Assembly (NCBI GenBank): GCA_048538235.1
Contig: JBLYPX010000001.1
Span: 328,013 to 392,012, forward strand
Reading direction: 5' to 3'
DNA: 64,000 nt
DNA from: Candidatus Komeilibacteria bacterium
GTDB taxonomy: Bacteria; Patescibacteriota; Patescibacteriia; UBA1558
The notes beneath the pieces were generated by a model. The model did no database searches, had not been told where the DNA came from, and saw only the letters and a program-made list of their open reading frames with translations. The position numbers and the translations under genes are program-made. Below are positions 1-10,470 of the stretch, piece by piece; positions within the stretch are counted from its first letter, which is position 1; the number at the start of each line of letters is the position of its first letter.

Positions 1-2
1 AG

Positions 3-1322
3 GAAATTATTGCAGTTTCTGCTAAAACAGGAAAGAACGTTGAAAGTATATTAGATGAGATTATAAAGTTAATACCAGCTCCTGAGAATAAAGATGATAA
101 ACCAGTGCAAGGATTAATATTTGATTCTCTTTTTGATGATTACAGAGGAGTTATTGTTTTTGTAAGAATGTTTGCTGGTAAAATAAAAAAAGGAGATAAA
201 ATAACTTTCTTAGGAACAGGGGCTGCTACAGAAGTATTAGAGGTGGGATTTTTTAAACCAAACCTTGTTAAACAAGATAATTTAGGATCTGGAGATATTG
301 GTTATGTAGTAACTGGTCTTAAAGAAATATCTCAAGCAAGAGTAGGTGATACAATAACTTTATCTGCAGATAAAGCAGAACCACTTGCCGGGTATAAAGA
401 AATACAGTCTATGGTGTTTGCAGGTTTCTTTTGTAAAGAAGGAGATGATTATCCTAAACTTAGAGCTGCTCTGGAAAAGCTTAAATTAAATGATGCAGCT
501 TTGTCTTATGAGCCAGAAAATTCTCCTGCACTTGGCTTTGGTTTTAGATGTGGCTTTTTAGGCCTTTTACATTTAGAAGTTATTCAAGAAAGATTGTCTC
601 GCGAATTTGATCTAGATTTAATTATTACAGTACCAGCGGTTGCTTACAAAGTAACATTTTCAGATGGCACGGTTGAAACTTTAAACAATCCGCAGGACTT
701 TACAGATTTAACAAAGATTGCAGAAGTAAAGGAGCCAATATTAAAAGCAGATATTGTTTGTCCTCAAGAATATATGGGCAATATTATGCAACTTGTTCAA
801 GATGCTAAAGGCGAATATGTAAATACAGAGTATTTAGATGAAAAAAGAGTAGTGCTGCATTATAAAATGCCACTAGCTTCTATGCTTTCAGATTTCTATT
901 CAAGTTTAAAGAGTGTTAGTTCTGGTTATGCGTCTTTAAACTATAATTTAGTTGGCTATGAACCAGTTAGAGTTGTTAAATTAGATATCCTTATTGCTGA
1001 AGATAAAGTTGAAGCTATGAGTTCTATGGTTTATGAAGAGGATGCGTATAGAGTAGCAAGAGCAATTGTTAAAAGATTAAAAGAAGTAATACCAAAACAA
1101 CAGTTTCAATTAAAGATTCAAGCTGCTATTGGTAGTAAAGTCATTGCTTCTGAGAGATTGTCTGCTCTAAGAAAAGATGTGACTGCTAAATTGTATGGAG
1201 GAGATGTAACTAGAAAGAGAAAGCTACTCGAAAAACAGAAAAAAGGTAAGAAAAAAATGGCTAAGTTTGGTAAGGTAGATATACCTAATGAAGCCTTTTT
1301 AGCCATTCTTAAAAAAGACTAG
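3..1322 (+). CDS. lepA: Elongation factor 4 (LepA), 5' part outside window
   Basis: Frame open from position 3 (EIIAVSAKTGKNV, G5 motif); GFRCGFLGLLHLE and C-terminal KDVTAKLYGGDVTRKRKLLEKQKKGKK. Confidence 0.97.
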   Translation, partial: EIIAVSAKTGKNVESILDEIIKLIPAPENKDDKPVQGLIFDSLFDDYRGVIVFVRMFAGKIKKGDKITFLGTGAATEVLEVGFFKPNLVKQDNLGSGDIGYVVTGLKEISQARVGDTITLSADKAEPLAGYKEIQSMVFAGFFCKEGDDYPKLRAALEKLKLNDAALSYEPENSPALGFGFRCGFLGLLHLEVIQERLSREFDLDLIITVPAVAYKVTFSDGTVETLNNPQDFTDLTKIAEVKEPILKADIVCPQEYMGNIMQLVQDAKGEYVNTEYLDEKRVVLHYKMPLASMLSDFYSSLKSVSSGYASLNYNLVGYEPVRVVKLDILIAEDKVEAMSSMVYEEDAYRVARAIVKRLKEVIPKQQFQLKIQAAIGSKVIASERLSALRKDVTAKLYGGDVTRKRKLLEKQKKGKKKMAKFGKVDIPNEAFLAILKKD

Positions 1323-1323
1323 T

Positions 1324-1419
1324 TTAGTAGTAGAGAAAGCCTAGTGTCCAGATAACCATAGATAGTATGATTATACTAGCCGCTACTGCCCAAAAGATTT
1401 TTTGTGTTCTTCTTTTCAT
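1324..1419 (-). CDS. 31-aa single-TM small protein MKRRTQKIFWAVAASIIILSMVIWTLGFLYY (DUF4044-like)
   Basis: Translated by hand, ATG at 1419 to TAA; basic N-terminus plus hydrophobic helix; fills the lepA-ftsB gap. Confidence 0.6.
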   Translation of the reverse strand: MKRRTQKIFWAVAASIIILSMVIWTLGFLYY

Positions 1420-1449
1420 AGTTTATTAATATTTTGCTATAATTAGTAT

Positions 1450-1854
1450 ATGAGTCAAGGTGGTATTAAAAGTTTCTATTATTCCAAGTATTTCTTACTA
1501 ATTATATTTGTAATTATTATATTTTTTTTATTCTCAGCTGTTAAAGATTATTATTCACAGGAAGATCTTAGAGAAGATATTAGTACCTTAGATTCACAGA
1601 TTAATGACTTACAAGCGCAGCAAACAGATTTGATTGCTACTCTAGCTCAAGTACAAAGTGAAGACTTTGTGGAAACAGAGGCTAGAACAAGACTTAATCT
1701 TCGTAAACCGGGTGAAAAGGTAATTATTGTATCTAGTGATGAGGATGTACAAAGATTAAATGACCAAGCTGGAGATAAGGGCATTAAAGATTTACTAGAA
1801 GAGCCAGATACTAATTCTAGTAAATGGTGGTCATATTTTTTTCCAGATTTTTAA
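1450..1854 (+). CDS. ftsB: Septum formation initiator FtsB/DivIC family
   Basis: N-terminal TM, coiled coil, FVETEARTRLNLRKPGEKVI motif. Confidence 0.8.
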   Translation: MSQGGIKSFYYSKYFLLIIFVIIIFFLFSAVKDYYSQEDLREDISTLDSQINDLQAQQTDLIATLAQVQSEDFVETEARTRLNLRKPGEKVIIVSSDEDVQRLNDQAGDKGIKDLLEEPDTNSSKWWSYFFPDF

Positions 1855-1855
1855 T

Positions 1856-1931
1856 TGGAGCCAATGGGGGGAATCGAACCCACGACCTTTCCCTTACGAA
1901 GGGACTGCTCTACCAACTGAGCTACATTGGC
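1856..1931 (-). tRNA. tRNA-Thr(CGT)
   Basis: Reverse complement GCCAATGTAGCTCAGTTGGTAGAGCAGTCCCTTCGTAAGGGAAAGGTCGTGGGTTCGATTCCCCCCATTGGCTCCA folds as a cloverleaf with encoded CCA. Confidence 0.96.
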
Positions 1932-2005
1932 TGGAGCGGGTAACGGGAATCGAACCCGTACTTCATCCTTGGGAAGGATACGTTCTACCACTAAACCATA
2001 CCCGC
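1932..2005 (-). tRNA. tRNA-Gly(CCC)
   Basis: Reverse complement GCGGGTATGGTTTAGTGGTAGAACGTATCCTTCCCAAGGATGAAGTACGGGTTCGATTCCCGTTACCCGCTCCA; anticodon CCC, CCA end. Confidence 0.96.
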
Positions 2006-2041
2006 AGAAAGCTTTTAGAATTATATTATATATACTATTAA

Positions 2042-3121
2042 ATGAAAAGCATAAAGAAAACATATAGCCTAATAATAATGACTATTTTTTTTATTGCTCC
2101 ATTTTTTTCATTAATTGGAGCAGAGGAGTATAGTCATTATTTTTATGCAGAGGATATTGCAGATGGTGCATATTTGGGCAGTTTAGATGATCAATTTCAT
2201 GTTTCTTTTCCAGCAGATACATATAATAAAGGATTGTCTGTATATATTAACGAATCAAGTGTAGACAATATGCCAGTTGCTAATATTGGTAATGTTTATT
2301 CATACTATATATTATCTTCACAAAAACCTGCTAAAGAATTTGAATTAGCTATTAGATTTACATCTGATTCAATTCAAGCAAAACATATTTGGCTTTATGA
2401 TTACAAAGCAAATGTTTGGGAAAAGCTTTTAACCAGAGTTGATCAACCAGGTAGATTAGCTATTGCTACAACAGATAAGCACTATGGTAAAGTAATATTA
2501 TCTGAAGATGAGCCTGTTAGTATTGAAGCAGGGGAGGAAGTATTAAGTTTTGACAATATGTTTAGTATTAATATGGAAGCAGATGGTGTTATAGATATTG
2601 AAAGCTATAACATGAATATGTATTCAGAAGAGTTACCTAGAGTTTCTTCTATTTACCAGTATGATATGCACCTTGCTCATATTTTAGAAGATCCTATTCG
2701 ATTAGTCTTTAATTATGAGGTTAAAGATTGGAAAATGCCTACGGTATATTATTGGGATAAATCTGAAGTTAAGTGGCAGGAATTAATAACTACGGCAGAT
2801 TTAGATAAGAATGAGATTTATGCAAGTACTGTATTACCATATTCTCGAGTAGCTTTGTTTATGAAGCCAGATGTATGGGCTGGAGAAGCTAGTTGGTATA
2901 AGTATAAAGACTGCGATTGTGCGGCTTCTAGAGACTATCCTAAGGGTGCAGAGCTTAAAATTACACACTTAAGCAGTGGTAAAACAGAAGTTATTAAGGT
3001 TAATGACTATGGACCTGAGCTATGGACTCATCGTATAATAGATTTAGACGCAACTGTGTTTAAAAAATTAATTAGTTTAGGTGCTGGCGTTACTGATGTC
3101 AGAGTAGAGTTAGTTAAATGA
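2042..3121 (+). CDS. Secreted protein with two beta-rich repeats and a C-terminal RlpA-like double-psi beta-barrel (lytic transglycosylase-like)
   Basis: Signal/TM; GEASWY, AASRDYPKG, VNDYGP and RIIDL match the DPBB pattern. Confidence 0.75.
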   Translation: MKSIKKTYSLIIMTIFFIAPFFSLIGAEEYSHYFYAEDIADGAYLGSLDDQFHVSFPADTYNKGLSVYINESSVDNMPVANIGNVYSYYILSSQKPAKEFELAIRFTSDSIQAKHIWLYDYKANVWEKLLTRVDQPGRLAIATTDKHYGKVILSEDEPVSIEAGEEVLSFDNMFSINMEADGVIDIESYNMNMYSEELPRVSSIYQYDMHLAHILEDPIRLVFNYEVKDWKMPTVYYWDKSEVKWQELITTADLDKNEIYASTVLPYSRVALFMKPDVWAGEASWYKYKDCDCAASRDYPKGAELKITHLSSGKTEVIKVNDYGPELWTHRIIDLDATVFKKLISLGAGVTDVRVELVK

Positions 3122-3795
3122 TTACAATAAAAAAAATTACAAAACAATATGGTAATTACACAGCACTAGATGATGTTTCTTTGCATATAGCATCTGGTGA
3201 ATTTGTGTCACTTGTTGGTCAATCTGGTACTGGTAAGACAACTCTTGTTAAATTAATAATTGCTGAAGAAAGACCAAATAAGGGGGATATAATAATTGGT
3301 GGTTGGGATATAACCGCTATTAAGTCATATGAAGTGCCATATTTAAGAAGACAGATTGGGGTTATTTTTCAGGACTTTAAATTATTACCTAAAAAGACAG
3401 TTTATGAGAATGTTGCTTTTGCACTAGAGTCGTGTGGTTCAGCTTCTGCTTCAATTGTAAAAACAGTACCGCAGGTCCTAAAGATTGTAGGGCTTGAGAA
3501 TAAAATGGATCATTACCCATGGCAATTATCTGGTGGTGAAAAACAAAGAGTAGCAATAGCTAGAGCATTGGTACATAAACCAAAGTTATTAATAGCAGAT
3601 GAGCCTACTGGTAATTTGGACTCTATTAATACTAAAGAAATTATAGATTTATTAATAAAGATTAATGAGATAGGTACAACCGTATTATTAGTAACTCACA
3701 ATAGAGATGTGGTTAATAGTTTAAGAAGAAGGGTTATAACTATTGAAGATGGTAAAATTATTTCCGACCAAGCTAAAGGTCGTTATGTATTATAA
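3118..3795 (+). CDS. ftsE: Cell division ATP-binding protein FtsE
   Basis: GQSGTGKT, LSGGEKQR, DEPTGNLD, LRRQIGVIFQDFKLL; adjacent to ftsX. Confidence 0.95.
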   Translation: MITIKKITKQYGNYTALDDVSLHIASGEFVSLVGQSGTGKTTLVKLIIAEERPNKGDIIIGGWDITAIKSYEVPYLRRQIGVIFQDFKLLPKKTVYENVAFALESCGSASASIVKTVPQVLKIVGLENKMDHYPWQLSGGEKQRVAIARALVHKPKLLIADEPTGNLDSINTKEIIDLLIKINEIGTTVLLVTHNRDVVNSLRRRVITIEDGKIISDQAKGRYVL

Positions 3796-3797
3796 TT

Positions 3798-4721
3798 ATG
3801 TTTTTTTTAGATTTATTTAGATCATTCAAGTTTGCATTACAATCGCTATGGCGAAATTTTTGGCTTACTATTGTAACCATAATAATAGTAACCCTTGCTA
3901 TGGCTTCTGTTAGCTTTCTTTTAGTATTTAATTTAGTTGCTAATAATGTAGTAGATACTGTTAAAGATAAGTCAGAGATATATATAGATTTAACAGAAGA
4001 TGCTAAACAAGCTCAGGTAGAGTTTTTAGTAACCGAACTTAATAAACTGGAAGATATACGAGAGGTAATATATATAACCCCATCAGAAACACTTGAAAGA
4101 TTTAAAGAAGAACATGCTAATGATGAAGTAATAATGGCTTCCCTTGAAAGTTTGTCTGCAAATCCTTTTACCGGTAGTTTAAAAATATCTGTTAAAGACA
4201 TTTCTAAATTTGATGCCCTGCTGACTGAGCTTTCCAGAGATGAGTACGGTCAAATATTAGAAATAAATAATTCAGAGTTTTTTGAAGCAAAAGATTTATT
4301 AAATGTAATTTCAGATTATTCAAAGAAAGTAGAGAAACTTGGTTTTGGAATTAGTATGTTTTTCATAATAATAAGTATTATAGTTGTATTTAATACTATT
4401 CAAATGGGTATATATTCACATCGTGAAGAAATAGGTATTATGAAACTCGTTGGTGCTTCAAATTGGTTTGTTAGATCCCCATTTATTATTGAAAGTATTC
4501 TATATAGTATATTCTCAGTTATTCTAATGATCCTAATCTTTTATCCGATTGCTATCTATGTTCAACCGCATGTAGATAATTTCTTAGGTGAATATACAAC
4601 AGATTTAATAGCATCAGTTTCTAGTAACTTTTTGTGGGTATTTGGATTAGAAATCGGTATTGCAATCTTAATCACAGTTTTATCCAGCCTATTTGCAACT
4701 AGAAGATATTTAGACGAATAA
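3798..4721 (+). CDS. ftsX: Cell division permease FtsX
   Basis: 4 TM; REEIGIMKLVGASNWFVRSPFIIE. Confidence 0.93.
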   Translation: MFFLDLFRSFKFALQSLWRNFWLTIVTIIIVTLAMASVSFLLVFNLVANNVVDTVKDKSEIYIDLTEDAKQAQVEFLVTELNKLEDIREVIYITPSETLERFKEEHANDEVIMASLESLSANPFTGSLKISVKDISKFDALLTELSRDEYGQILEINNSEFFEAKDLLNVISDYSKKVEKLGFGISMFFIIISIIVVFNTIQMGIYSHREEIGIMKLVGASNWFVRSPFIIESILYSIFSVILMILIFYPIAIYVQPHVDNFLGEYTTDLIASVSSNFLWVFGLEIGIAILITVLSSLFATRRYLDE

Positions 4722-4733
4722 ATTTAATAATAC

Positions 4734-4764
4734 AAAAACACCTAATTAGTAATTAGGTGTTTTT
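4734..4764. terminator. Bidirectional intrinsic terminator between ftsX and rpmA
   Basis: AAAAACACCTAATT-AGT-AATTAGGTGTTTTT perfect inverted repeat. Confidence 0.85.
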
Positions 4765-4775
4765 TATATAATATA

Positions 4776-5048
4776 TTATTTTACATCAACAAAAGTTGTT
4801 GTCTGTAGACGACCGTCGTATTTCTTTATTTTACGTTGTCTGAAACTAATTACACCAGTAGATGTTGCCATCAAAGTGTCGTCTTTAGTCATTTTAACGT
4901 TTTCACCAGCTCTGAATTTACTACCTCTTTGTCTTACAATGATATTTCCTGACTTTGCTTGTTGTCCAGCATAAAGCTTTACACCTAAGCGCTGTGCATT
5001 TGAGTCTTTCAGATTGGACGCTGATCCGCCTGCTTTCTTATGTGCCAT
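4776..5048 (-). CDS. rpmA: 50S ribosomal protein bL27
   Basis: MAHKKAGGS...[10 protein letters not shown]...GNIIVRQRG. Confidence 0.97.
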   Translation of the reverse strand: MAHKKAGGSASNLKDSNAQRLGVKLYAGQQAKSGNIIVRQRGSKFRAGENVKMTKDDTLMATSTGVISFRQRKIKKYDGRLQTTTFVDVK

Positions 5049-5170
5049 AGATGTTTAATTAATAATCTAATAATGCCACAATATGATAATATATAATCTA
5101 AAATTAGTCAATAGTAGTATTATTAGCTAGATTTCTATCCCTAATGAAATAATGGTATAATATATCCAAT

Positions 5171-5401
5171 ATGAAGAATATTTTAAAGAAAATAGAGAAA
5201 GAATTAGATGTAATTAGACCTTTTCTAGAAGGTCATGGTGGGGGAGTAGAAATTGATCATTTAGATGATCAAGGAGTACTTTATGTTAAGTTTAAAGGAG
5301 CGTGTGTTGCTTGTCCTTTATCTACCTTAACTTACCAAAATTTAATTGCCGACAGATTGTCTGTTTTACCTGAAGTTAAAGAGGTTAAGTTAATAGCTTA
5401 G
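5171..5401 (+). CDS. NifU C-terminal/NfuA-like Fe-S carrier
   Basis: IRPFLEGHGGGVE and GACVACPLS (CxxC). Confidence 0.88.
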   Translation: MKNILKKIEKELDVIRPFLEGHGGGVEIDHLDDQGVLYVKFKGACVACPLSTLTYQNLIADRLSVLPEVKEVKLIA

Positions 5402-5402
5402 T

Positions 5403-6584
5403 ATGTCAAAGTATATATATTTAGATCATGCAGCTGCAACTCCAGCTCACAAGTCTGTAATTAAAGCAATGAAACCATATTGGAATAAACAGTATGGTAA
5501 TTCTTCTTCTACACATCAATATGGTCAAAGAGCTAGTGCTGCTATTACAAAAGTGAGAAAAGAAATAGCAGACTTTTTTTATTGCACTCCAGAAGAGATA
5601 ATATTTACATCAGGAGCTACTGAATCTAATAATACAGCTATTAAAGGTGTAATGAGATTTTATGGAAAAAGATTTGCAAACAAAGGTAATAAATCTAAAC
5701 CACACATGATACTGTCTGCTATTGAACACCCTTCAGTTATAGAAACAGCTCTAGCTCTTGAAAGAGAGAATTATGAGATAAGTATTGTAAAACCAAATAA
5801 GGATGGTGAAATGGAAGTTAAAGATATTATTAAAGAGATAAAAGATAATACTGTTTTAATATCTATGATGTATGTAAATAATGAAACGGGTATTATTCAA
5901 CCGTCTCAAGAATTAGGTAAGAAATTATTGGAAATAAACAAGGATAGAGAGGATAGAATATATTACCATATAGATGCAGTTCAAGGATTTAGTTATTTAA
6001 ATTGTAGACCTGATCATTTAAAGGCAGATTTAATGTCATTTTCAGGTCACAAAATATATGGACCCAAAGGTATTGGTATTTTATATATTAGAGATAAGAC
6101 ACCACTTTTTAGATTAATGGATGGTGGTCATCAAGAAAGAGCAATAAGAGGAGGCACAAATAATACAACCGGAATTATTGGTCTTGGCCAAGCTATTAAA
6201 TTACATATTAAGAATACAGATAAGGATATACAACATATAAGAATGTTAGCAGACTGTTTGTATGCAGAATTAAAAAGTATTCCAAATTTAAGATTTAATA
6301 GTTCAGATAAATCTATACCAGGTATATTAAATATTGCAATTAAAGATATTGTAGGAAGTGATCTACAAATGAAACTAGATTTAGCTGGCTTTGCAACCTC
6401 AATGGGCGCTGCCTGTGCTTCAGGTTCTGCTCAGCCATCACCTGTACTTATTGCAATGAATCAGTCGGATAAAGAAGCTTCTGAAGGTATTAGAATAAGC
6501 TTAGGTAAACAAAACACTTTGAAAGATATGAAAAAGTTTGTTAAAACATTAGGAGATATTATTAATAATTGGAACAATGAATAA
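5403..6584 (+). CDS. iscS: Cysteine desulfurase IscS/NifS
   Basis: YLDHAAATP, SGHKIYGPKG (PLP Lys), SMGAACASG catalytic Cys. Confidence 0.92.
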   Translation: MSKYIYLDHAAATPAHKSVIKAMKPYWNKQYGNSSSTHQYGQRASAAITKVRKEIADFFYCTPEEIIFTSGATESNNTAIKGVMRFYGKRFANKGNKSKPHMILSAIEHPSVIETALALERENYEISIVKPNKDGEMEVKDIIKEIKDNTVLISMMYVNNETGIIQPSQELGKKLLEINKDREDRIYYHIDAVQGFSYLNCRPDHLKADLMSFSGHKIYGPKGIGILYIRDKTPLFRLMDGGHQERAIRGGTNNTTGIIGLGQAIKLHIKNTDKDIQHIRMLADCLYAELKSIPNLRFNSSDKSIPGILNIAIKDIVGSDLQMKLDLAGFATSMGAACASGSAQPSPVLIAMNQSDKEASEGIRISLGKQNTLKDMKKFVKTLGDIINNWNNE

Positions 6585-6915
6585 TATTATTAAACATATT
6601 AGAAGATATTTAGTTAGTTTTATTGCTTTAATTGTAAACATTCTTTTATGGCTATGGCTTGTAATATATATACAACCAAGCACAGATAGTTTAGTTTTAC
6701 ATTACAATATATATTTTGGCATTGATCAGTTAGGTTCAGGCTTAAAACTATATTTAATGCCTTTATTTGGTTTAATAATATTAGCTATTAATTTATTACT
6801 TGTATTATCTGGTCAAGCAGATAAAAAGTTAGCTAATTATTCGTCTTGGATATCTTTAATTGTTCAAGTATTATTAATCGTCTCACTATTATTACTAGTA
6901 ATTAATTATTTTTAA
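6577..6915 (+). CDS. 3-TM membrane protein (DUF1648-like)
   Basis: LVLHYNIYFGIDQLG motif between TM helices. Confidence 0.6.
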   Translation: MNNIIKHIRRYLVSFIALIVNILLWLWLVIYIQPSTDSLVLHYNIYFGIDQLGSGLKLYLMPLFGLIILAINLLLVLSGQADKKLANYSSWISLIVQVLLIVSLLLLVINYF

Positions 6916-6916
6916 T

Positions 6917-7966
6917 ATGGATCCTATTACATTCGCAGTTACAAAAATATTTCTTCTAGCAGCTATAGCTTTTATTAGCGCTGGCGCAATAACTCCCTTA
7001 ATGACCCATTATTTGTATAAATACAAAATGGGTAAATCTATTCGTACTTCAGAAAAGGCTCCAGTATATTATGAGCATCACAAACAGAAATCTGGTACTC
7101 CTACTATGGGAGGTATTATGATTTGGTTAACTGTTGCTTTACTAGCATTATTAATTGCTTTACTTGCTCAGTTTGGCGGGGAGTTTTTTGAGAAGCTTAA
7201 TTTTTTAACAAGGTCTGAAACATTATTACCACTAGGTGCTTTAATTGCAGCAGCCTTGGTTGGTTTATTTGATGATTATTTAAATGTTCGTGGTATTGGA
7301 CTACATGGTGGAGGATTAAGAGTAAAACATAAATTATTAATATATTGTTTAATTGCTTTAATAGGAGCACTTTGGTTTTACTTTAAACTAGATTGGGATT
7401 TACTATATATTCCTTTTTTTGGTAATTTTGAAATTGGTTTGTGGTATATACCATTTTTTATTCTTGTTATTGTAGCAGCAGCTTTTTCTATGAATGAGGC
7501 AGATGGTTTAGATGGACTTGCTGGTGGTATGGTAGCAATAAACTTTTTAACAATTGGTGCTATTGCTTTTCTACAAGCTAGATATGATTTAGCTAGTTTT
7601 TGCGCGGTCATAGTTGGTGCATTGCTTGCTTTTCTTTGGTTTAATATTCCGCCCGCTAGATTTTTTATGGGAGATACAGGATCAATGGGTCTAGGCGTTA
7701 CTTTAGGAATTGTAGCTATGCTAACAAATACAGCTTTTCTATTACCAATAATAGGGATAGTATTTGTAATTGAATCATTGTCAGTAATAATTCAAGTTTT
7801 ATCTAAAAAGATTAGAAAGAAAAAAGTGTTTTTATCTGCACCTTGGCACCATCATTTAGAAGCTAAAGGTTGGCCAGAGTCTAAGATTGTAATGCGTTTA
7901 TGGGTTATTACAACACTATTTTCATTAATGGGTTTTGTAATATATATGGTAGATAAATATGTTTAA
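6917..7966 (+). CDS. mraY: Phospho-N-acetylmuramoyl-pentapeptide transferase
   Basis: KSGTPTMGG, DGLDGL, FMGDTGS, APWHHH. Confidence 0.96.
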   Translation: MDPITFAVTKIFLLAAIAFISAGAITPLMTHYLYKYKMGKSIRTSEKAPVYYEHHKQKSGTPTMGGIMIWLTVALLALLIALLAQFGGEFFEKLNFLTRSETLLPLGALIAAALVGLFDDYLNVRGIGLHGGGLRVKHKLLIYCLIALIGALWFYFKLDWDLLYIPFFGNFEIGLWYIPFFILVIVAAAFSMNEADGLDGLAGGMVAINFLTIGAIAFLQARYDLASFCAVIVGALLAFLWFNIPPARFFMGDTGSMGLGVTLGIVAMLTNTAFLLPIIGIVFVIESLSVIIQVLSKKIRKKKVFLSAPWHHHLEAKGWPESKIVMRLWVITTLFSLMGFVIYMVDKYV

Positions 7967-9311
7967 TTTAAAAGAAAAAAAAGTAGTTGTAATGGGATTA
8001 GGCCTGCACGGTGGTGGGGTAGGAGTTGCTATTTGGGCTGCAAAGCATGGAGCTAAGGTATTAGTAACAGATATGAAAAGCAGAGCAGAGCTTAAAGATT
8101 CTCTTTTACAATTAAAGAAGTTTAAAAATATCCAGTACAGATTAGGAAAGCATGTAGATAAAGATTTTCAGAATGTAGACATTGTAGTAGCAAATCCAAT
8201 TGTTAGAAAAGATAATAAATACTTAAAAATTGCACGTAAGAACGGTGCTTTAATTTACAACGATGTTTCTTTATTCATGGATCTTTGCCCTTGTAGGGTT
8301 ATTGGTATAACAGGAACAAAAGGTAAGAGTACAACTTCTGCTTTACTTTATCATTTAGTAAAGAATAAAAATGTATATTTGGGCGGTAATATTCGTATTA
8401 GCCCTTTTACTTTTTTAGATAAGTTAAAAAAGAATGATTGGGTAATATTGGAAATGTCTAGCTGGCAATGTGAAGGTCTTAGCTCTATTAAAAAGAGTCC
8501 ACATATTTCTGTATTAACTAATTTAGGTATTGATCATTTAAATACGTATAAATCATTTGCAGAGTATGCTAAAGCAAAAGCTTTAGTGTTTAAATACCAA
8601 GATAAGAATGATTATGCTGTTTTAAACAAACAAGATGATTATACAAAGAAATTAATTAAGAATATTAAAGCAAAGAAAAGTTATTTTAATATTAAAGGTA
8701 AATCTGGGAACTATTTTTTAAATAATTATATTTATTACAATAATACAAAATTAATATCTGCAGATAATATTAAACTAATAGGTTTACATAATATTACAAA
8801 TATATTAACTGTTTTAGAAGTGTGTAGTATTTTAAAGTTAAGTGCTGTTAAAGTTAAAAAAGGTCTAGCTAGTTTTAAGGGCTTAAGCGGTAGAATGGAA
8901 TTTGTTAAAAATATTAAAGGCGTAAAGTATATTAATGATACAACAGCCACTGCTCCCATAGCTGCCATCTCATCAATAAATTCATTAGATAGACCTATTA
9001 TATTAATAGCTGGTGGTAATGATAAAAAGTTAGACATTGAAAATTTTGCCAGTACTATTATTAATAAAATAGTTTCAGTAATACTATTACCAGGCACAGC
9101 TACAGATAAACTGGTCAGTATTTTTAAAAAGAAGAAGTTTGTAGATTATATTCTTGTTAATTCAATGCCAGAAGCTGTAAAGACTGCAAAAGATAAAGCA
9201 AGATATGGGGATATAGTATTATTATCTCCTGGCGCTACATCATTTGGATCTTTTGTTAATGAATTCGATAGAGGGGATCAATTTATTAAAGCAGTAAAAA
9301 AATTAAAATAA
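7959..9311 (+). CDS. murD: UDP-MurNAc-L-Ala--D-Glu ligase
   Basis: GITGTKGKSTT, EMSSWQ, LLSPGATSF..F.NEFDRG. Confidence 0.95.
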   Translation: MFNLKEKKVVVMGLGLHGGGVGVAIWAAKHGAKVLVTDMKSRAELKDSLLQLKKFKNIQYRLGKHVDKDFQNVDIVVANPIVRKDNKYLKIARKNGALIYNDVSLFMDLCPCRVIGITGTKGKSTTSALLYHLVKNKNVYLGGNIRISPFTFLDKLKKNDWVILEMSSWQCEGLSSIKKSPHISVLTNLGIDHLNTYKSFAEYAKAKALVFKYQDKNDYAVLNKQDDYTKKLIKNIKAKKSYFNIKGKSGNYFLNNYIYYNNTKLISADNIKLIGLHNITNILTVLEVCSILKLSAVKVKKGLASFKGLSGRMEFVKNIKGVKYINDTTATAPIAAISSINSLDRPIILIAGGNDKKLDIENFASTIINKIVSVILLPGTATDKLVSIFKKKKFVDYILVNSMPEAVKTAKDKARYGDIVLLSPGATSFGSFVNEFDRGDQFIKAVKKLK

Positions 9312-10469
9312 ATGGCTAAATCTTTAGGAAATAGAATAGTTAATTGGATTAAGATACCTTTTACAACAGATAGATATTCTCATGCACCAGATTATGTATT
9401 ACTAGGCACTATTGGTATTTTATTAGTCTTTGGTATTTTAATGTTATCTTCAGCTAGTACAGTTGTTGCTTACCAATCATATGGAGATAGTTATCATTTT
9501 GTTAAGCATCAATTATTCTATGGTGTTATTCCTGGCATACTACTATTTTTATTAGCTATCAGACTACCCTATGCATTATGGAAGAAATTAGCTTTTTGGA
9601 TGCTAGTTATTTCTATTGTTTTGCTTGTCTTAGTATTAATACCAGGCATTGGTTTAACAATAAATGGTGCATCTAGATGGATAGATTTAAAGTTTTTTGC
9701 TTTTCAACCATCAGAGATTGTTAAGATAACCTTTTTAATATATTTAGCAACCTGGTTGGCTAAGAAAGGATCGCATGGTATTTCAGATGTGGAATACGGC
9801 ACTATTCCTTTTTTATCTATTATTGGAATAGTTACAGTATTATTTTTAAAACAACCAGACCTTGGTACATTGTTAGTTATTTTAGCAATGTCCTTTTTAA
9901 TATATTTTATAGCTGGAGCTCCGTGGAAACACATTATGTCTATTATTGGTGTGGGCGCTTTACTCCTTTTAATTTTAATTATGTCTAGTCCATACAGAGC
10001 AGAACGTTTAAAAACATTTTTAGGTGGTGGCGATGAATTAGGACAAGGTTATCATATACAACAAGCAAAAATTGCTATTGGAGCTGGTGGATTCTTTGGT
10101 TTAGGACTTGGCAGATCACAACAAAAGTTTAGATATTTACCGGAAGTTGAAGGAGATAGCATCTTTGCTATTATTTCTGAAGAGCTTGGTTTTATCTTTG
10201 GTGTTGCTGTAATACTTGCCTTTGTTTTAATAATGATAAGAGGATTTAAAATAGCTAGAGGTAGTCCAGATGAATTTGGTAAATTATTAGCAGCTGGTAT
10301 TACCATTTGGTTTGTTATTCAAGCAATGATGAATTTAGGTGCAATGGTGGGTCTTATACCATTGACAGGAATCACTTTACCGTTTATAAGTTATGGAGGC
10401 TCATCCTTAGCAATTTCATTATTTGCAGTAGGATTATTACTAAATATTTCAAGGTATACAAAGAATTAA
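9312..10469 (+). CDS. ftsW: SEDS peptidoglycan glycosyltransferase FtsW
   Basis: FQPSEIVK, QPDLGT, LPFISYGGSS; dcw context. Confidence 0.94.
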   Translation: MAKSLGNRIVNWIKIPFTTDRYSHAPDYVLLGTIGILLVFGILMLSSASTVVAYQSYGDSYHFVKHQLFYGVIPGILLFLLAIRLPYALWKKLAFWMLVISIVLLVLVLIPGIGLTINGASRWIDLKFFAFQPSEIVKITFLIYLATWLAKKGSHGISDVEYGTIPFLSIIGIVTVLFLKQPDLGTLLVILAMSFLIYFIAGAPWKHIMSIIGVGALLLLILIMSSPYRAERLKTFLGGGDELGQGYHIQQAKIAIGAGGFFGLGLGRSQQKFRYLPEVEGDSIFAIISEELGFIFGVAVILAFVLIMIRGFKIARGSPDEFGKLLAAGITIWFVIQAMMNLGAMVGLIPLTGITLPFISYGGSSLAISLFAVGLLLNISRYTKN

Positions 10470-10470
10470 T

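Noticed and set aside
1851-2063. 70-aa minus-strand ORF
   Set aside because: It reads through two tRNA genes.
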